A program made the position numbers and the translations under genes. Below the pieces are notes generated by a model that searched no databases, was not told where the DNA came from, and saw nothing but the letters and a program-made list of their open reading frames with translations. A DNA stretch of 64,000 bases from Escherichia coli (GTDB lineage: Bacteria; Pseudomonadota; Gammaproteobacteria; Enterobacterales; Enterobacteriaceae): NCBI RefSeq assembly GCF_016026235.1, contig NZ_CP065613.1; one strand, written 5' to 3'. Shown in pieces: positions 53,579-63,157 of this stretch (its first letter is position 1; each line of letters starts with the position of its first letter).

Positions 53579-54472
53579 TTACCAGCGCCCGGAAGCGCCA
53601 CCGCCACCAGATGAACCGCCACCACCGCTAAAATTGTCATTGTCGAATGAAGAGGATGACGATGATGAATAGTGGGAGGAAGAATTGCTTCTTGTATGGC
53701 GTGATGGCTGGTTGGCATCACGCATCGAATCTCGAACCTTTTTGCCGAAGGGGGTAAAAGCGATGGCAACTGCCAGGAACGGTGTGGCGAAGCAGAGTAA
53801 TGTTGCGAGTACTCCCCAGCTTCCGCTGAAACCTGCTATAGGTAAAACAAAGGCCAGTACAATAGCTGCGAAACAAATTACTCCCAGCGTTTTGATATAT
53901 CCTCTGGCAGAAATAAACGTCAGTACTATCGCCCAGACTAACAAAGCCCACCAACCGCTAAAGGGTAAAGGGTGATCGGTCGGTGTTATCGTTGCTAAAT
54001 TATTCCCCGTCAGACGACTTTCAAGATCGCTGATCCCCTTTTGTAAACCGACAGCAAGATCGCCCTTTTTAAACGCTGGAATAATACTGTTGCGTATAAT
54101 TTGCCCGGACTGCGCATCCGTAATAATACCTTCCAGTCCGTAACCAATTTCAATACGCACGGTATGATCCTGCCAGGCGACTAACAGTAGAACGCCATCA
54201 TCGCGGTCTTTATCACCCGGTTTCCAGCTATCGAATACCCGCGTTGCGTACTGCTCGATGCTTTCATCGCCTGTTGTTTCAACCACTAACACGACCAACT
54301 GTGCGTGGTTTTTTTGCGTCAGGGCTTTGATCTGGTTGGTCAGGGTGTTTACTTCGCTATTTGTTAATGTGCCGGTTAAGTCATTCACATACCTGGGTGA
54401 TTCAGGTACTGGAATTTGTGTGGCAAACACAGATGAACAGAAGAAAGCCATAAGGAAGATAAAATTTCGCAT
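53579..54472 (-). CDS. TPM-domain membrane protein (paralog 1), Gly/Ser-rich C-terminus
   Basis: 297 aa from ATG 54472 (MRNFIFLMAFFCSSVFA signal peptide; GGGGAAG-type SD upstream); tail ...SGGGGSSGGGGASGRW. Confidence 0.75.
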   Translation of the reverse strand: MRNFIFLMAFFCSSVFATQIPVPESPRYVNDLTGTLTNSEVNTLTNQIKALTQKNHAQLVVLVVETTGDESIEQYATRVFDSWKPGDKDRDDGVLLLVAWQDHTVRIEIGYGLEGIITDAQSGQIIRNSIIPAFKKGDLAVGLQKGISDLESRLTGNNLATITPTDHPLPFSGWWALLVWAIVLTFISARGYIKTLGVICFAAIVLAFVLPIAGFSGSWGVLATLLCFATPFLAVAIAFTPFGKKVRDSMRDANQPSRHTRSNSSSHYSSSSSSSFDNDNFSGGGGSSGGGGASGRW

Positions 54473-54485
54473 AGAACTTCCCCGC

Positions 54486-55088
54486 TTAATGAGCACTAGC
54501 ATTCTGGCTAAAATCTATTGTTGGTGCTTTACTCACAGCGGCGACATCATCCGGCAAATAATTTTTCTTTGGTGTGTAATCCATGACCTTTGCGGTTAAC
54601 ACAGCGGGGAATTTGCGGATAGTGACATTATATTGTTCAATGGCTTTAATATATCTTCCTCGCGCAACGGCAATCCGATTTTCACTTCCTTCAAGCTGTA
54701 CCATTAAATTTTGATAGAGTTCCTGAGATTTTAACTCAGGGTAACGCTCACTAATTATCGTTAACTGACCGAGAGTGCGAGTCACCTGCGCTTGAGCCTG
54801 TTGCCAGGCTTGTAATTTTTGTTCATCTCCCGGAGTTTGCTGAAGATCGCTACTGGCGCGATTAGCCTGGCTACGAGCCAATGTTACGGCTTCCAGTACA
54901 TCTCGTTCATGGCTGGAATAACCTTTAATACTGGCGACAAGATTAGGAATAAGATAGGCGCGACGTTGATATTGATTCAATACCTCAGACCAGGAGGCGT
55001 TAACCTGCTCATCATAGGTTTGAATATCGTTATATCCACAGCCTGATAAATTGAAAATAAATATAATTACGATGAATATTCTGAGCAT
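54486..55088 (-). CDS. lemA: LemA-family membrane protein
   Basis: 200 aa; N-terminal hydrophobic segment with lipobox-like LSGCG; LemA-like body; first gene of an operon with the TPM genes. Confidence 0.75.
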   Translation of the reverse strand: MLRIFIVIIFIFNLSGCGYNDIQTYDEQVNASWSEVLNQYQRRAYLIPNLVASIKGYSSHERDVLEAVTLARSQANRASSDLQQTPGDEQKLQAWQQAQAQVTRTLGQLTIISERYPELKSQELYQNLMVQLEGSENRIAVARGRYIKAIEQYNVTIRKFPAVLTAKVMDYTPKKNYLPDDVAAVSKAPTIDFSQNASAH

Positions 55089-55260
55089 GTTTAAATCCCT
55101 TTTAATTAATTCCTTAAAACATAATACTCTGCTTCATTTTATTCTTTATGATCTAATCCACTTTTTGCCATAAACCTGCCTGTAACAGAATGTTAATAAG
55201 ACATGATTGTTGTGGCAGGATCTGCAATAATTAACAATTATCCACTTCACAGAGAATGCT

Positions 55261-55932
55261 ATGCAGTACCCGATTAACGAGATGTTCCAGACCCTGCAAG
55301 GTGAGGGTTACTTTACCGGCGTCCCCGCCATTTTTATTCGTTTACAGGGATGCCCGGTTGGCTGTGCCTGGTGCGACACCAAACACACCTGGGAAAAGCT
55401 TGAGGATCGGGAAGTCTCCCTTTTCAGCATTCTGGCGAAGACCAAAGAGAGTGATAAGTGGGGGGCGGCGAGCAGTGAAGACTTGCTGGCTGTCATTGGT
55501 CGCCAGGGATATACCGCGCGGCATGTGGTGATTACGGGTGGTGAGCCTTGCATTCATGATTTGCTGCCACTGACTGACCTGCTCGAAAAGAACGGTTTTA
55601 GCTGCCAGATCGAAACCAGTGGTACTCATGAAGTACGCTGTACACCGAATACCTGGGTTACCGTATCGCCAAAGCTGAACATGCGCGGCGGCTATGAAGT
55701 GTTGTCACAGGCACTGGAGCGAGCCAACGAAATCAAGCATCCAGTGGGACGCGTACGTGATATTGAAGCACTGGATGAACTTTTGGCGACGCTGACCGAT
55801 GATAAACCGCGAGTCATTGCACTGCAGCCGATTAGCCAAAAGGATGATGCCACACGTTTGTGCATTGAAACCTGCATTGCGCGTAATTGGCGTTTGTCGA
55901 TGCAAACCCATAAATATTTAAATATTGCCTGA
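55261..55932 (+). CDS. queE: 7-carboxy-7-deazaguanine synthase (radical SAM)
   Basis: 223 aa; cysteine motif CPVGCAWCDT; matches recalled QueE/YgcF. Confidence 0.9.
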   Translation: MQYPINEMFQTLQGEGYFTGVPAIFIRLQGCPVGCAWCDTKHTWEKLEDREVSLFSILAKTKESDKWGAASSEDLLAVIGRQGYTARHVVITGGEPCIHDLLPLTDLLEKNGFSCQIETSGTHEVRCTPNTWVTVSPKLNMRGGYEVLSQALERANEIKHPVGRVRDIEALDELLATLTDDKPRVIALQPISQKDDATRLCIETCIARNWRLSMQTHKYLNIA

Positions 55933-56059
55933 TTAAACATTTATAAGCGTTATAAATGGGGGGAACCTGTAAAGACTTCTACTCATTTATATTCTTTGTC
56001 GCCTCTGAAAAAGCTCCATTTTGCCCATCCTGGACTAATCATTATCATTCTCTACAAAT

Positions 56060-56270
56060 TCTGTGGCGTTAATTTTTTGTTGGAGTGAAAATTATTGCGG
56101 TAAAGTTTGGTAGATTTTAGTTTGTATAGAATTATTTTAAATATTTACCTTTTTAATCAATGAGTTAAGTGCTCTTTAACATAATGGATGTGTTGTTTGT
56201 GTGATACTGTAAAGTTGGTAGATTGTGACTGGCTTAAAAAATCATTAATTAATAATAGGTTATGTTTAGA
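56060..56270 (+). promoter_or_regulatory. CRISPR leader (AT-rich) of the type I-E array
   Basis: AT-rich sequence ending ...CTGGCTTAAAAAATCATTAATTAATAATAGGTTATGTTTAGA immediately before repeat 1, as in E. coli I-E leaders. Confidence 0.7.
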
Positions 56271-56523
56271 GAGTTCCCCGCGCCAGCGGGGATAAACCGA
56301 TGACAAAAATTTGCAGGTGCTGGCAGAGGCCGAGTTCCCCGCGCCAGCGGGGATAAACCGTCAGGTGGGATGGTCAGCGCGAAACACACGCCGAGTTCCC
56401 CGCGCCAGCGGGGATAAACCGAGCGCGCAGTTATCAGCCGCGACAACATGAAAGAGTTCCCCGCGCCAGCGGGGATAAACCGCTCATATACGTTACAGCG
56501 TCGGAAATGGAGGCGAGTTCCCC

Positions 56524-57815
56524 TGAGGAATCCCCAGAAAACAAGACAGGCATAGTGAGATGTGATCTAATTGATTGTGCTAACAATTTCAAGGAGATCA
56601 CCACTATGCCTGCACGTTCATTATGCCAAAATTTCCTTAACAACATACTGGCCCCTTTGCATCTTTACCGTCAAAAATCACTGATTGACGCAACTAATGC
56701 TGTAATAAATGGCGCTTCCCTCACACTTACCAGTATCGGGCGTCATTTAACCGGTACGGCATCAGTTAAAAACAAAATAAAGCGGGTGGATCGACTGTTG
56801 GGGAATCGACATTTGCAAAATGAGGTTTCCACCATTTTTCAGCGAATTACCCAAAAGATTACGCGGGGAATGTCTCGTGTTGTGATACTCATTGACTGGA
56901 GTGCTTATCATGCCTCTCGTTTTCAGCTTTTGCGGGCAAGCCTGGCATGTGACGGGCGTTCTTTACCGTTGATGAGTTGTGTCGTTCCATCATCACAGAC
57001 AGCGAATGCAGATGTACATGAGCGTTTTCTGGAATCGCTTGCTGAGTGCTTTTCCCCCGGGACTGATGTCATTGTTATTACAGATGCCGGTTTTCAGGGG
57101 CGATGGTTCCAACAGCTCCGCTCCCGTGGCTGGACCTATATTTGCCGGGTACTGGGCAATCATTATTACAATGTTGGTAATGGCTGGGAAAAGGTGTCGG
57201 ACTCAGGCACAAAAGCATCAACGACAGCAATTTATTTAGGTGAAGGCCTGCTGGGTCGAGATAAAAATGCACAACATGAAGGGCATTTTTATCTTTATAA
57301 AAGTAAGCCTAAAGGTCGTAGATTTAAACGCTCGAAGGAAAGAGCAACCAGACCATCGGTGACGGCTAAAGCTCGTACTGCCGGGAAATCACCATGGTTT
57401 ATTTTCACAAACAGTACTGAGTTCTCGCCAAAACAGGTAATGAAATTATACAGCCGTAGAATGCAAATTGAGCAAAATTTCAGGGATGAAAAAAATCCTC
57501 GCTGGGGATTTGGACTACGGTTTGGTGCCAGTCATTCATCCGGGCGGGTCACGGTATTGAGTCTGATCGCAACATTAGCCAGTATCATTATGTGGTTAAG
57601 CGGTTTCAGCCTGGAAAACAAAGGGATACATCATAAATATCAGGCAAATACAGTGAAGCACAGGCGAGTCATCTCGTTATTAAAACTGGCGGAGAATGTG
57701 ATTCGACATTCTCCACTCATACTAAACACACTGTCACTTGACGCAGGGCTGAAAGTTCTACAGCAACGGTATACCAATATGATAATGGTTTACTAAATTT
57801 TCTGGGGATCCCTCA
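56524..57815 (+). mobile_element. IS4-family (IS10-like) insertion sequence, copy 1, inside a CRISPR repeat
   Basis: ~1.29 kb; imperfect terminal inverted repeats CTGAGG(A/G)ATCCCCAGAAAA; flanked by a direct duplication of 10-12 bp of repeat sequence (GCGAGTTCCCC); one transposase ORF. Confidence 0.85.
56606..57796 (+). CDS. IS4-family DDE transposase (IS10-like)
   Basis: 396 aa from ATG 56606 (AAGGAG SD); shares recalled IS10 transposase motifs (KRVDRLLGNRHL, LIDWS, ITDAGF, YSRRMQIEQNFRD, YQANTV); the track ORF start at 56507 is read-through from spacer 4. Confidence 0.8.
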   Translation: MPARSLCQNFLNNILAPLHLYRQKSLIDATNAVINGASLTLTSIGRHLTGTASVKNKIKRVDRLLGNRHLQNEVSTIFQRITQKITRGMSRVVILIDWSAYHASRFQLLRASLACDGRSLPLMSCVVPSSQTANADVHERFLESLAECFSPGTDVIVITDAGFQGRWFQQLRSRGWTYICRVLGNHYYNVGNGWEKVSDSGTKASTTAIYLGEGLLGRDKNAQHEGHFYLYKSKPKGRRFKRSKERATRPSVTAKARTAGKSPWFIFTNSTEFSPKQVMKLYSRRMQIEQNFRDEKNPRWGFGLRFGASHSSGRVTVLSLIATLASIIMWLSGFSLENKGIHHKYQANTVKHRRVISLLKLAENVIRHSPLILNTLSLDAGLKVLQQRYTNMIMVY

Positions 57816-58316
57816 GGCGAGTTCCCCGCGCCAGCGGGGATAAACCACCATATAACCCGTTATCTCTTTCTCAAGTTTTTATATTAGCAGTACTTGTAAT
57901 AAGCAACATATCCACGTAACACCTCATGTTCAAAATAGTTCTCCATGCCAGAGAAGTTCACAATTATCGATACAAAAAATTAAGTTTAATCAAAGTATTA
58001 TTTGTATGATTCTTAAATCATTAAGAAATTTTAATATATTATTTTTTTAATATTAATTAATGCCTGTTAATTTTTGCTTAAGTATAACAGTGTATTTTTT
58101 AAGCTTGTTATTCATTGATTAAGTAATAAATCTGGAAGTTTGTCTTTGTTTTGAGGCTAATGAGTGGTTTTACATAACCGCCTCTATACGCTGTTGATGA
58201 ATAGTTCTTATGAATAAAGATATTCAGTTCATACTTTAAGTGAAAATTGATAAAGTGCGATTCGTATTGTCTTTTATTCTAAAGACATCGAGTGTAGTTA
58301 ATATTCCTTGTAAAAA

Positions 58317-58376
58317 CAGGGATAAACCGAACTAGTTAAAGTTTTTATTATGTTCCCCGCGTCAGCGGGGATAACC
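58317..58376 (+). repeat. Degenerate CRISPR repeat remnant
   Basis: cagggataaaccg, then ~22 bp, then GTTCCCCGCGTCAGCGGGGATAACC (diverged from the canonical repeat), preceded by ~450 bp of AT-rich sequence. Confidence 0.55.
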
Positions 58377-58423
58377 ATTCAGGTATGTTCAGGCCGGGCT
58401 GTTTCCCGCCCGGCCTTCCTCAC

Positions 58424-59902
58424 TTACGCATTCGACCAGCTCTGGATCGAATCCGCATTCCCCAATTCCCCATGCATCACTTCATACGATTTTTTCAGGA
58501 TCACATCAGTATGTTTGGTTAGGTCTTTGAAAATGCCTTTATTCATCGCGTCGTAGCGTTTGGCATTGCTCTCAACAGGCATAAAGATATCTTTCACGCG
58601 AACCATTTTGTCGACAGCCGTTGCGTAATCCGGGTATAGCCCCAGACCTACCGCCGTATTGATCGCTGCCCCCAGACTTGCACAACCGTTAATGGCGTTA
58701 CGGCGTGCCGGAAGGTTGAACACGTCGGCAAAAATTTGCATAAACAGATCGCTGTTCGAACCGCCGCCAGTAATGATCACATGCTTTGCAAAGTGATTCA
58801 TTTCATTACACATATTGTCGTAATTGTTCTTCAGCGTCAGCGCCACGCTTTCCAGTATCGAACGATATATCCATGCGTAATCCATGCTGGAATCAAAGCC
58901 GATCATAATCCCGCGTTTGTACGGTTCCCACGGATTGGTCAGCCAGTCCAGCACCGTCATCAGCCCATTACAGCCAGGTGGCACACTAGAGGCTTTCTTG
59001 TTGAGTAAATCTTCCGGTGAAAGATCCTGAGCCCTGGCATCCTGAATTAACGACTCGCCTAGCATGTCGCGCAGCCAGCTCACCGTCCACATGCCTTTGC
59101 GAATACCGTAACCTTCATACAGCAATGTTTGCGGAATAGAAGACATAATCGGCCAGTACGCCACCGGATCTTTCGGCAGTGCTTTGCCGTTCATCATCAA
59201 TGCGATGTAAGTGCCAAGAGAAATTACCGCAGTTTCATCATCCAGTAATCCGGCCCCCAGAGCTTCTACCGGTTTATCACTGGTGGTACAAACAACCGGC
59301 AGTCCTGCCGGGAAATGTGTCGCCAGTGCGGCTTGTGGTGTGATATGTCCGAGGACGGTGCCAGGCATTTGCACATCAAACAGCATATGACGGGGGATAT
59401 TAAACTTCTCCATTACCGCAGCATCTTCGCTCCATGCCCAGCTCTTATAATCCACCGGCCACTGACCAAAATAGTTGGCGATATTGTCTTTAAACTCGCC
59501 GGTTAAGCGATGCGTCAGATAACCCGAAAAAGAGGTGACATAGGCCACGTCAGGATTAGTGTGTTCGTAGGGACGCGTTACGCGTGCATCCTGCCAGCTA
59601 ATCAATGGCGCAGCTGGCGTGCCATCGGCTTTCAATAACGCACGGCAGCAACGGATGGATCCCAGACCAATACCGACAATATCTTCTTTATTCCCGGCAA
59701 ACTGACTCATCAAATCGTGACCGGCAAAACATAATGATGCCCATAAATCGTCGTCAGGATGTTCTGCGGTATCGGCATCTGGCGTGTGCATCGGCTGCAA
59801 TAAGCCTTTACCTTCGCAAACCACATTACCTTCCAGATCGTACATCACCACTTTTGTGCTCTGACTTCCGCCATCAATCCCTATGATGTATTTTTTCGAC
59901 AT
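58424..59902 (-). CDS. ygcE: FGGY-family sugar kinase YgcE
   Basis: 492 aa; MSKKYIIGIDGGSQSTKVVMYDLEG...; glycerol/xylulose-kinase-like. Confidence 0.85.
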   Translation of the reverse strand: MSKKYIIGIDGGSQSTKVVMYDLEGNVVCEGKGLLQPMHTPDADTAEHPDDDLWASLCFAGHDLMSQFAGNKEDIVGIGLGSIRCCRALLKADGTPAAPLISWQDARVTRPYEHTNPDVAYVTSFSGYLTHRLTGEFKDNIANYFGQWPVDYKSWAWSEDAAVMEKFNIPRHMLFDVQMPGTVLGHITPQAALATHFPAGLPVVCTTSDKPVEALGAGLLDDETAVISLGTYIALMMNGKALPKDPVAYWPIMSSIPQTLLYEGYGIRKGMWTVSWLRDMLGESLIQDARAQDLSPEDLLNKKASSVPPGCNGLMTVLDWLTNPWEPYKRGIMIGFDSSMDYAWIYRSILESVALTLKNNYDNMCNEMNHFAKHVIITGGGSNSDLFMQIFADVFNLPARRNAINGCASLGAAINTAVGLGLYPDYATAVDKMVRVKDIFMPVESNAKRYDAMNKGIFKDLTKHTDVILKKSYEVMHGELGNADSIQSWSNA

Positions 59903-59928
59903 GATTTTTCTCCTGTAATTTTCCTGGC

Positions 59929-61983
59929 TTACTTGCTGCTAGCTATTGCGGGGGCGCTATCAGCAGTACGAATTTTTTGGAACAGCAAAAAGGTAAAGAC
60001 GATCACCATGCCGAGCGCCGCCATGCCCATCAGCCACATATTGCGGTAGGCTTCTGCTGCGGGCAGGGTGTCTTGCCAGTGGCCGATAATTGGGTAAACG
60101 AAGACATCCGGCAGGAATCCTATCACCGAACAAATACCTACCGTGGTGCCCATAATGTAAGACGGTGTTCTCGCTTCGCCGGGGCAGGCCCAGTACAGTC
60201 CACGTGAGGCGTAGCAGGTGAATCCCAGCAGTAAAATCAGGCCAATCCCCATTGCGACCGATTGCGGGTTAGAGTTGGTAACAAGCAGGGCAGTCAGTGC
60301 CAGCAGGCCGATGATGGAAAGGATTTGGATCACGCGGGTAGGGGATTTCACTTTGCTGTAGGTGGTGATTATGCCGCCAAGTGGGCCGCACAGCGCGCGG
60401 AATATTTTGTTGATCACAATCCCCATGTAGCTCGCCGCCACCAGCGACATGCCGTACATTTCGGTCAGATAGTTGGTGGAGGTAATGACTCCAACTTATT
60501 GATAGTGTTTTATGTTCAGATAATGCCCGATGACTTTGTCATGCAGCTCCACCGATTTTGAGAACGACAGCGACTTCCGTCCCAGCCGTGCCAGGTGCTG
60601 CCTCAGATTCAGGTTATGCCGCTCAATTCGCTGCGTATATCGCTTGCTGATTACGTGCAGCTTTCCCTTCAGGCGGGATTCATACAGCGGCCAGCCATCC
60701 GTCATCCATATCACCACGTCAAAGGGTGACAGCAGGCTCATAAGACGCCCCAGCGTCGCCATAGTGCGTTCACCGAATACGTGCGCAACAACCGTCTTCC
60801 GGAGACTGTCATACGCGTAAAACAGCCAGCGCTGGCGCGATTTAGCCCCGACATAGCCCCACTGTTCGTCCATTTCCGCGCAGACGATGACGTCACTGCC
60901 CGGCTGTATGCGCGAGGTTACCGACTGCGGCCTGAGTTTTTTAAGTGACGTAAAATCGTGTTGAGGCCAACGCCCATAATGCGGGCAGTTGCCCGGCATC
61001 CAACGCCATTCATGGCCATATCAATGATTTTCTGGTGCGTACCGGGTTGAGAAGCGGTGTAAGTGAACTGCAGTTGCCATGTTTTACGGCAGTGAGAGCA
61101 GAGATAGCGCTGATGTCCGGCGGTGCTTTTGCCGTTACGCACCACCCCGTCAGTAGCTGAACAGGAGGGACAGCTGATAGAAACAGAAGCCACTGGAGCA
61201 CCTCAAAAACACCATCATACACTAAATCAGTAAGTTGGCAGCATCACCGTTGGTGGAGTAACTCAGAATGGCGTAGATGGTGAAGACACCAAAAATCACC
61301 ATGCTGCAATACCAGGTGGTGCTGATGCGCAAAACGGCCAGGATGTCGCTAAGCTGGAATGATTGTTTTTCTTCGTTATTGGCACTGCGCAGGTTGTTGT
61401 TATCGCTAACAAAAAACCAGCACAGAATCCCCAACAAGATGTAAACCACACTATAGATGATAATGACCGTTTTCAGGCTGGTGCTGTCATCCGGTGCAAA
61501 GCGAGAAAAAACCCACATGGTAAACACTGCCAGCGACATTACACCGACGCCGCGCAGCCCTTCCATCCAGCCCATAATTTTCCCTTGCTCGCTATGATCG
61601 CCAAGCAACGAGGCGGCTTTAATCGACACCGACCACAGCATTAAAATCGTCGTTATCGCAAATGCGACCTGAATACAGAGCATTACCCACAGCGGTGGAT
61701 ACGTTGCCATTAACAGACCCAGTAATCCGGTAATGATCATCGCGGAAGTAATCATTTTGCGATGTGAGAATTTATCGGCAATAACGCCGCTGGGGGCATA
61801 AAGAATAATAGCTGCAATACCAAAGGTACTCATTATTAAACCTATCTCGGTATTGCTGAATCCCATAAATTTCGCCATGGGAATTTGATAAATATAACGT
61901 AAATAAGCCAGGTCGAAACTAACGCCGCCGCTAAAACTAATTATCGCGAGGGTTATCCAACGGCGATATGAGTTGTGTTGCAT
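59929..61983 (-). pseudogene. yqcE: MFS transporter YqcE-like, disrupted by IS1
   Basis: N-terminal part 61249-61983 and C-terminal part 59929-60480 are in the same reading frame across a 768-bp IS1 plus 9-bp duplication; together ~425 aa. Confidence 0.8.
60481..61248 (-). mobile_element. IS1: IS1 insertion sequence (insA 60918-61193, insB 60496-60999)
   Basis: 768 bp; ends GGTAATGACTCCAACTTATTGAT (plus strand) and reverse complement of GGTGATGCTGCCAACTTACTGAT; InsA ([23 protein letters not shown]...) and InsB ORFs; 9-bp target duplication GTTGGTGGA at 60472-60480 and 61249-61257. Confidence 0.95.
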
Positions 61984-62234
61984 ATCGTATTCCCATTTGT
62001 AATAGACAAAAAAAAGAGAAAAGTAAGCCGCCCTTTCAGGTGGATTACTTTTCTCAGGTCTCTAGTAATTGAAATAATAAATAACATGGAAAGCAGAGGT
62101 GTTGTGTGAGAGTAATCACGCTTCTGCTTTTTAAAACTATTTGATAATGCGAATATCACACTGTGATTACGATCACATTAGCAGTTATGTCCTTATGCTA
62201 AAAATTATCTCCAGTTACCAGAGATAATGAGAAA

Positions 62235-62278
62235 GGTAACTTCCCTCTCGCGGGGGAAGTTACCTTTCTTTTTTTTTT
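62235..62278 (+). terminator. Hairpin plus T-tract in the ygcW 5' region (terminator- or attenuator-like)
   Basis: GGTAACTTCCCtctcgcGGGGAAGTTACC (11-bp perfect arms) followed by tttcttttttttttt, ending ~25 bp before the ygcW ATG. Confidence 0.5.
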
Positions 62279-62302
62279 GCCTTACGGAAATTGGAGCTAA
62301 CT

Positions 62303-63088
62303 ATGTCAATCGAATCTCTCAATGCGTTCTCAATGGATTTTTTCTCCCTGAAAGGTAAAACCGCAATTGTTACCGGCGGGAATAGCGGTTTAGGCCAGGC
62401 ATTTGCCATGGCGTTGGCCAAAGCAGGCGCAAATGTCTTTATTCCAAGTTTTGTCAAAGATAACGGCGAAACAAAGGAAATGATTGAAAATCAGGGTGTT
62501 GAGGTGGACTTCATGCAGGTGGATATCACCGCAGAAGGCGCGCCGCAGAAGATTATCGCTGCCTGCTGTGAGCGTTTCGGTACAGTTGATATTCTGGTTA
62601 ACAATGCCGGTATTTGTAAGCTGAATAAGGTGCTGGACTTCGGTCGTGCCGACTGGGATCCAATGATTGATGTGAACCTGACCGCCGCATTCGAGTTAAG
62701 CTACGAAGCGGCAAAAATTATGATCCCGCAGAAAAGCGGTAAAATCATTAATATCTGTTCATTGTTCTCTTACTTAGGTGGACAATGGTCACCTGCATAT
62801 TCTGCCACTAAACATGCTCTTGCCGGATTCACCAAAGCTTATTGTGATGAACTAGGTCAATATAATATTCAGGTAAATGGTATTGCCCCTGGCTATTATG
62901 CAACAGATATTACGCTGGCGACACGCAGTAATCCAGAAACCAATCAGCGCGTTCTTGATCATATTCCAGCAAACCGTTGGGGCGATACTCAGGATTTAAT
63001 GGGCGCTGCCGTATTCCTCGCAAGTCAGGCATCGAATTATGTCAACGGGCATTTATTAGTGGTCGATGGCGGTTATTTAGTGCGCTAA
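62303..63088 (+). CDS. ygcW: Short-chain dehydrogenase/reductase YgcW
   Basis: 261 aa from ATG 62303 (GGAG SD); TGGNSGLGQA Rossmann motif and YSATK catalytic motif. Confidence 0.85.
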   Translation: MSIESLNAFSMDFFSLKGKTAIVTGGNSGLGQAFAMALAKAGANVFIPSFVKDNGETKEMIENQGVEVDFMQVDITAEGAPQKIIAACCERFGTVDILVNNAGICKLNKVLDFGRADWDPMIDVNLTAAFELSYEAAKIMIPQKSGKIINICSLFSYLGGQWSPAYSATKHALAGFTKAYCDELGQYNIQVNGIAPGYYATDITLATRSNPETNQRVLDHIPANRWGDTQDLMGAAVFLASQASNYVNGHLLVVDGGYLVR

Positions 63089-63157
63089 TCCATAACGGTG
63101 GTTTCTGTTTTCTCTTATTAATGATTATTCCATTTTTATTATCAGGAAGGAATTACT

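Larger units (their letters stand above)
56271..57846 (+). CRISPR. Type I-E CRISPR array, 5 repeats / 4 spacers, fifth repeat split by an IS element
   Basis: Repeat GAGTTCCCCGCGCCAGCGGGGATAAACCG at 56271, 56332, 56393, 56454 with 32-bp spacers; fifth repeat begins at 56515, is interrupted after GAGTTCCCC and resumes at 57818 (terminal base A instead of G). Confidence 0.95.

Noticed and set aside
56507-56605. N-terminal extension of the transposase ORF (MEASSPEESPENKTGIVRCDLI...)
   Set aside because: Reads through CRISPR spacer 4, the repeat and the IS terminal repeat; the ATG at 56606 with an AAGGAG ribosome-binding site aligns with the IS10 transposase N-terminus.
56524-57815. Calling the element IS10 proper, or the locus Tn10
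   Set aside because: The transposase shares only conserved motifs with my recalled IS10 sequence and the terminal repeats differ from IS10 ends; no resistance genes lie between the copies.
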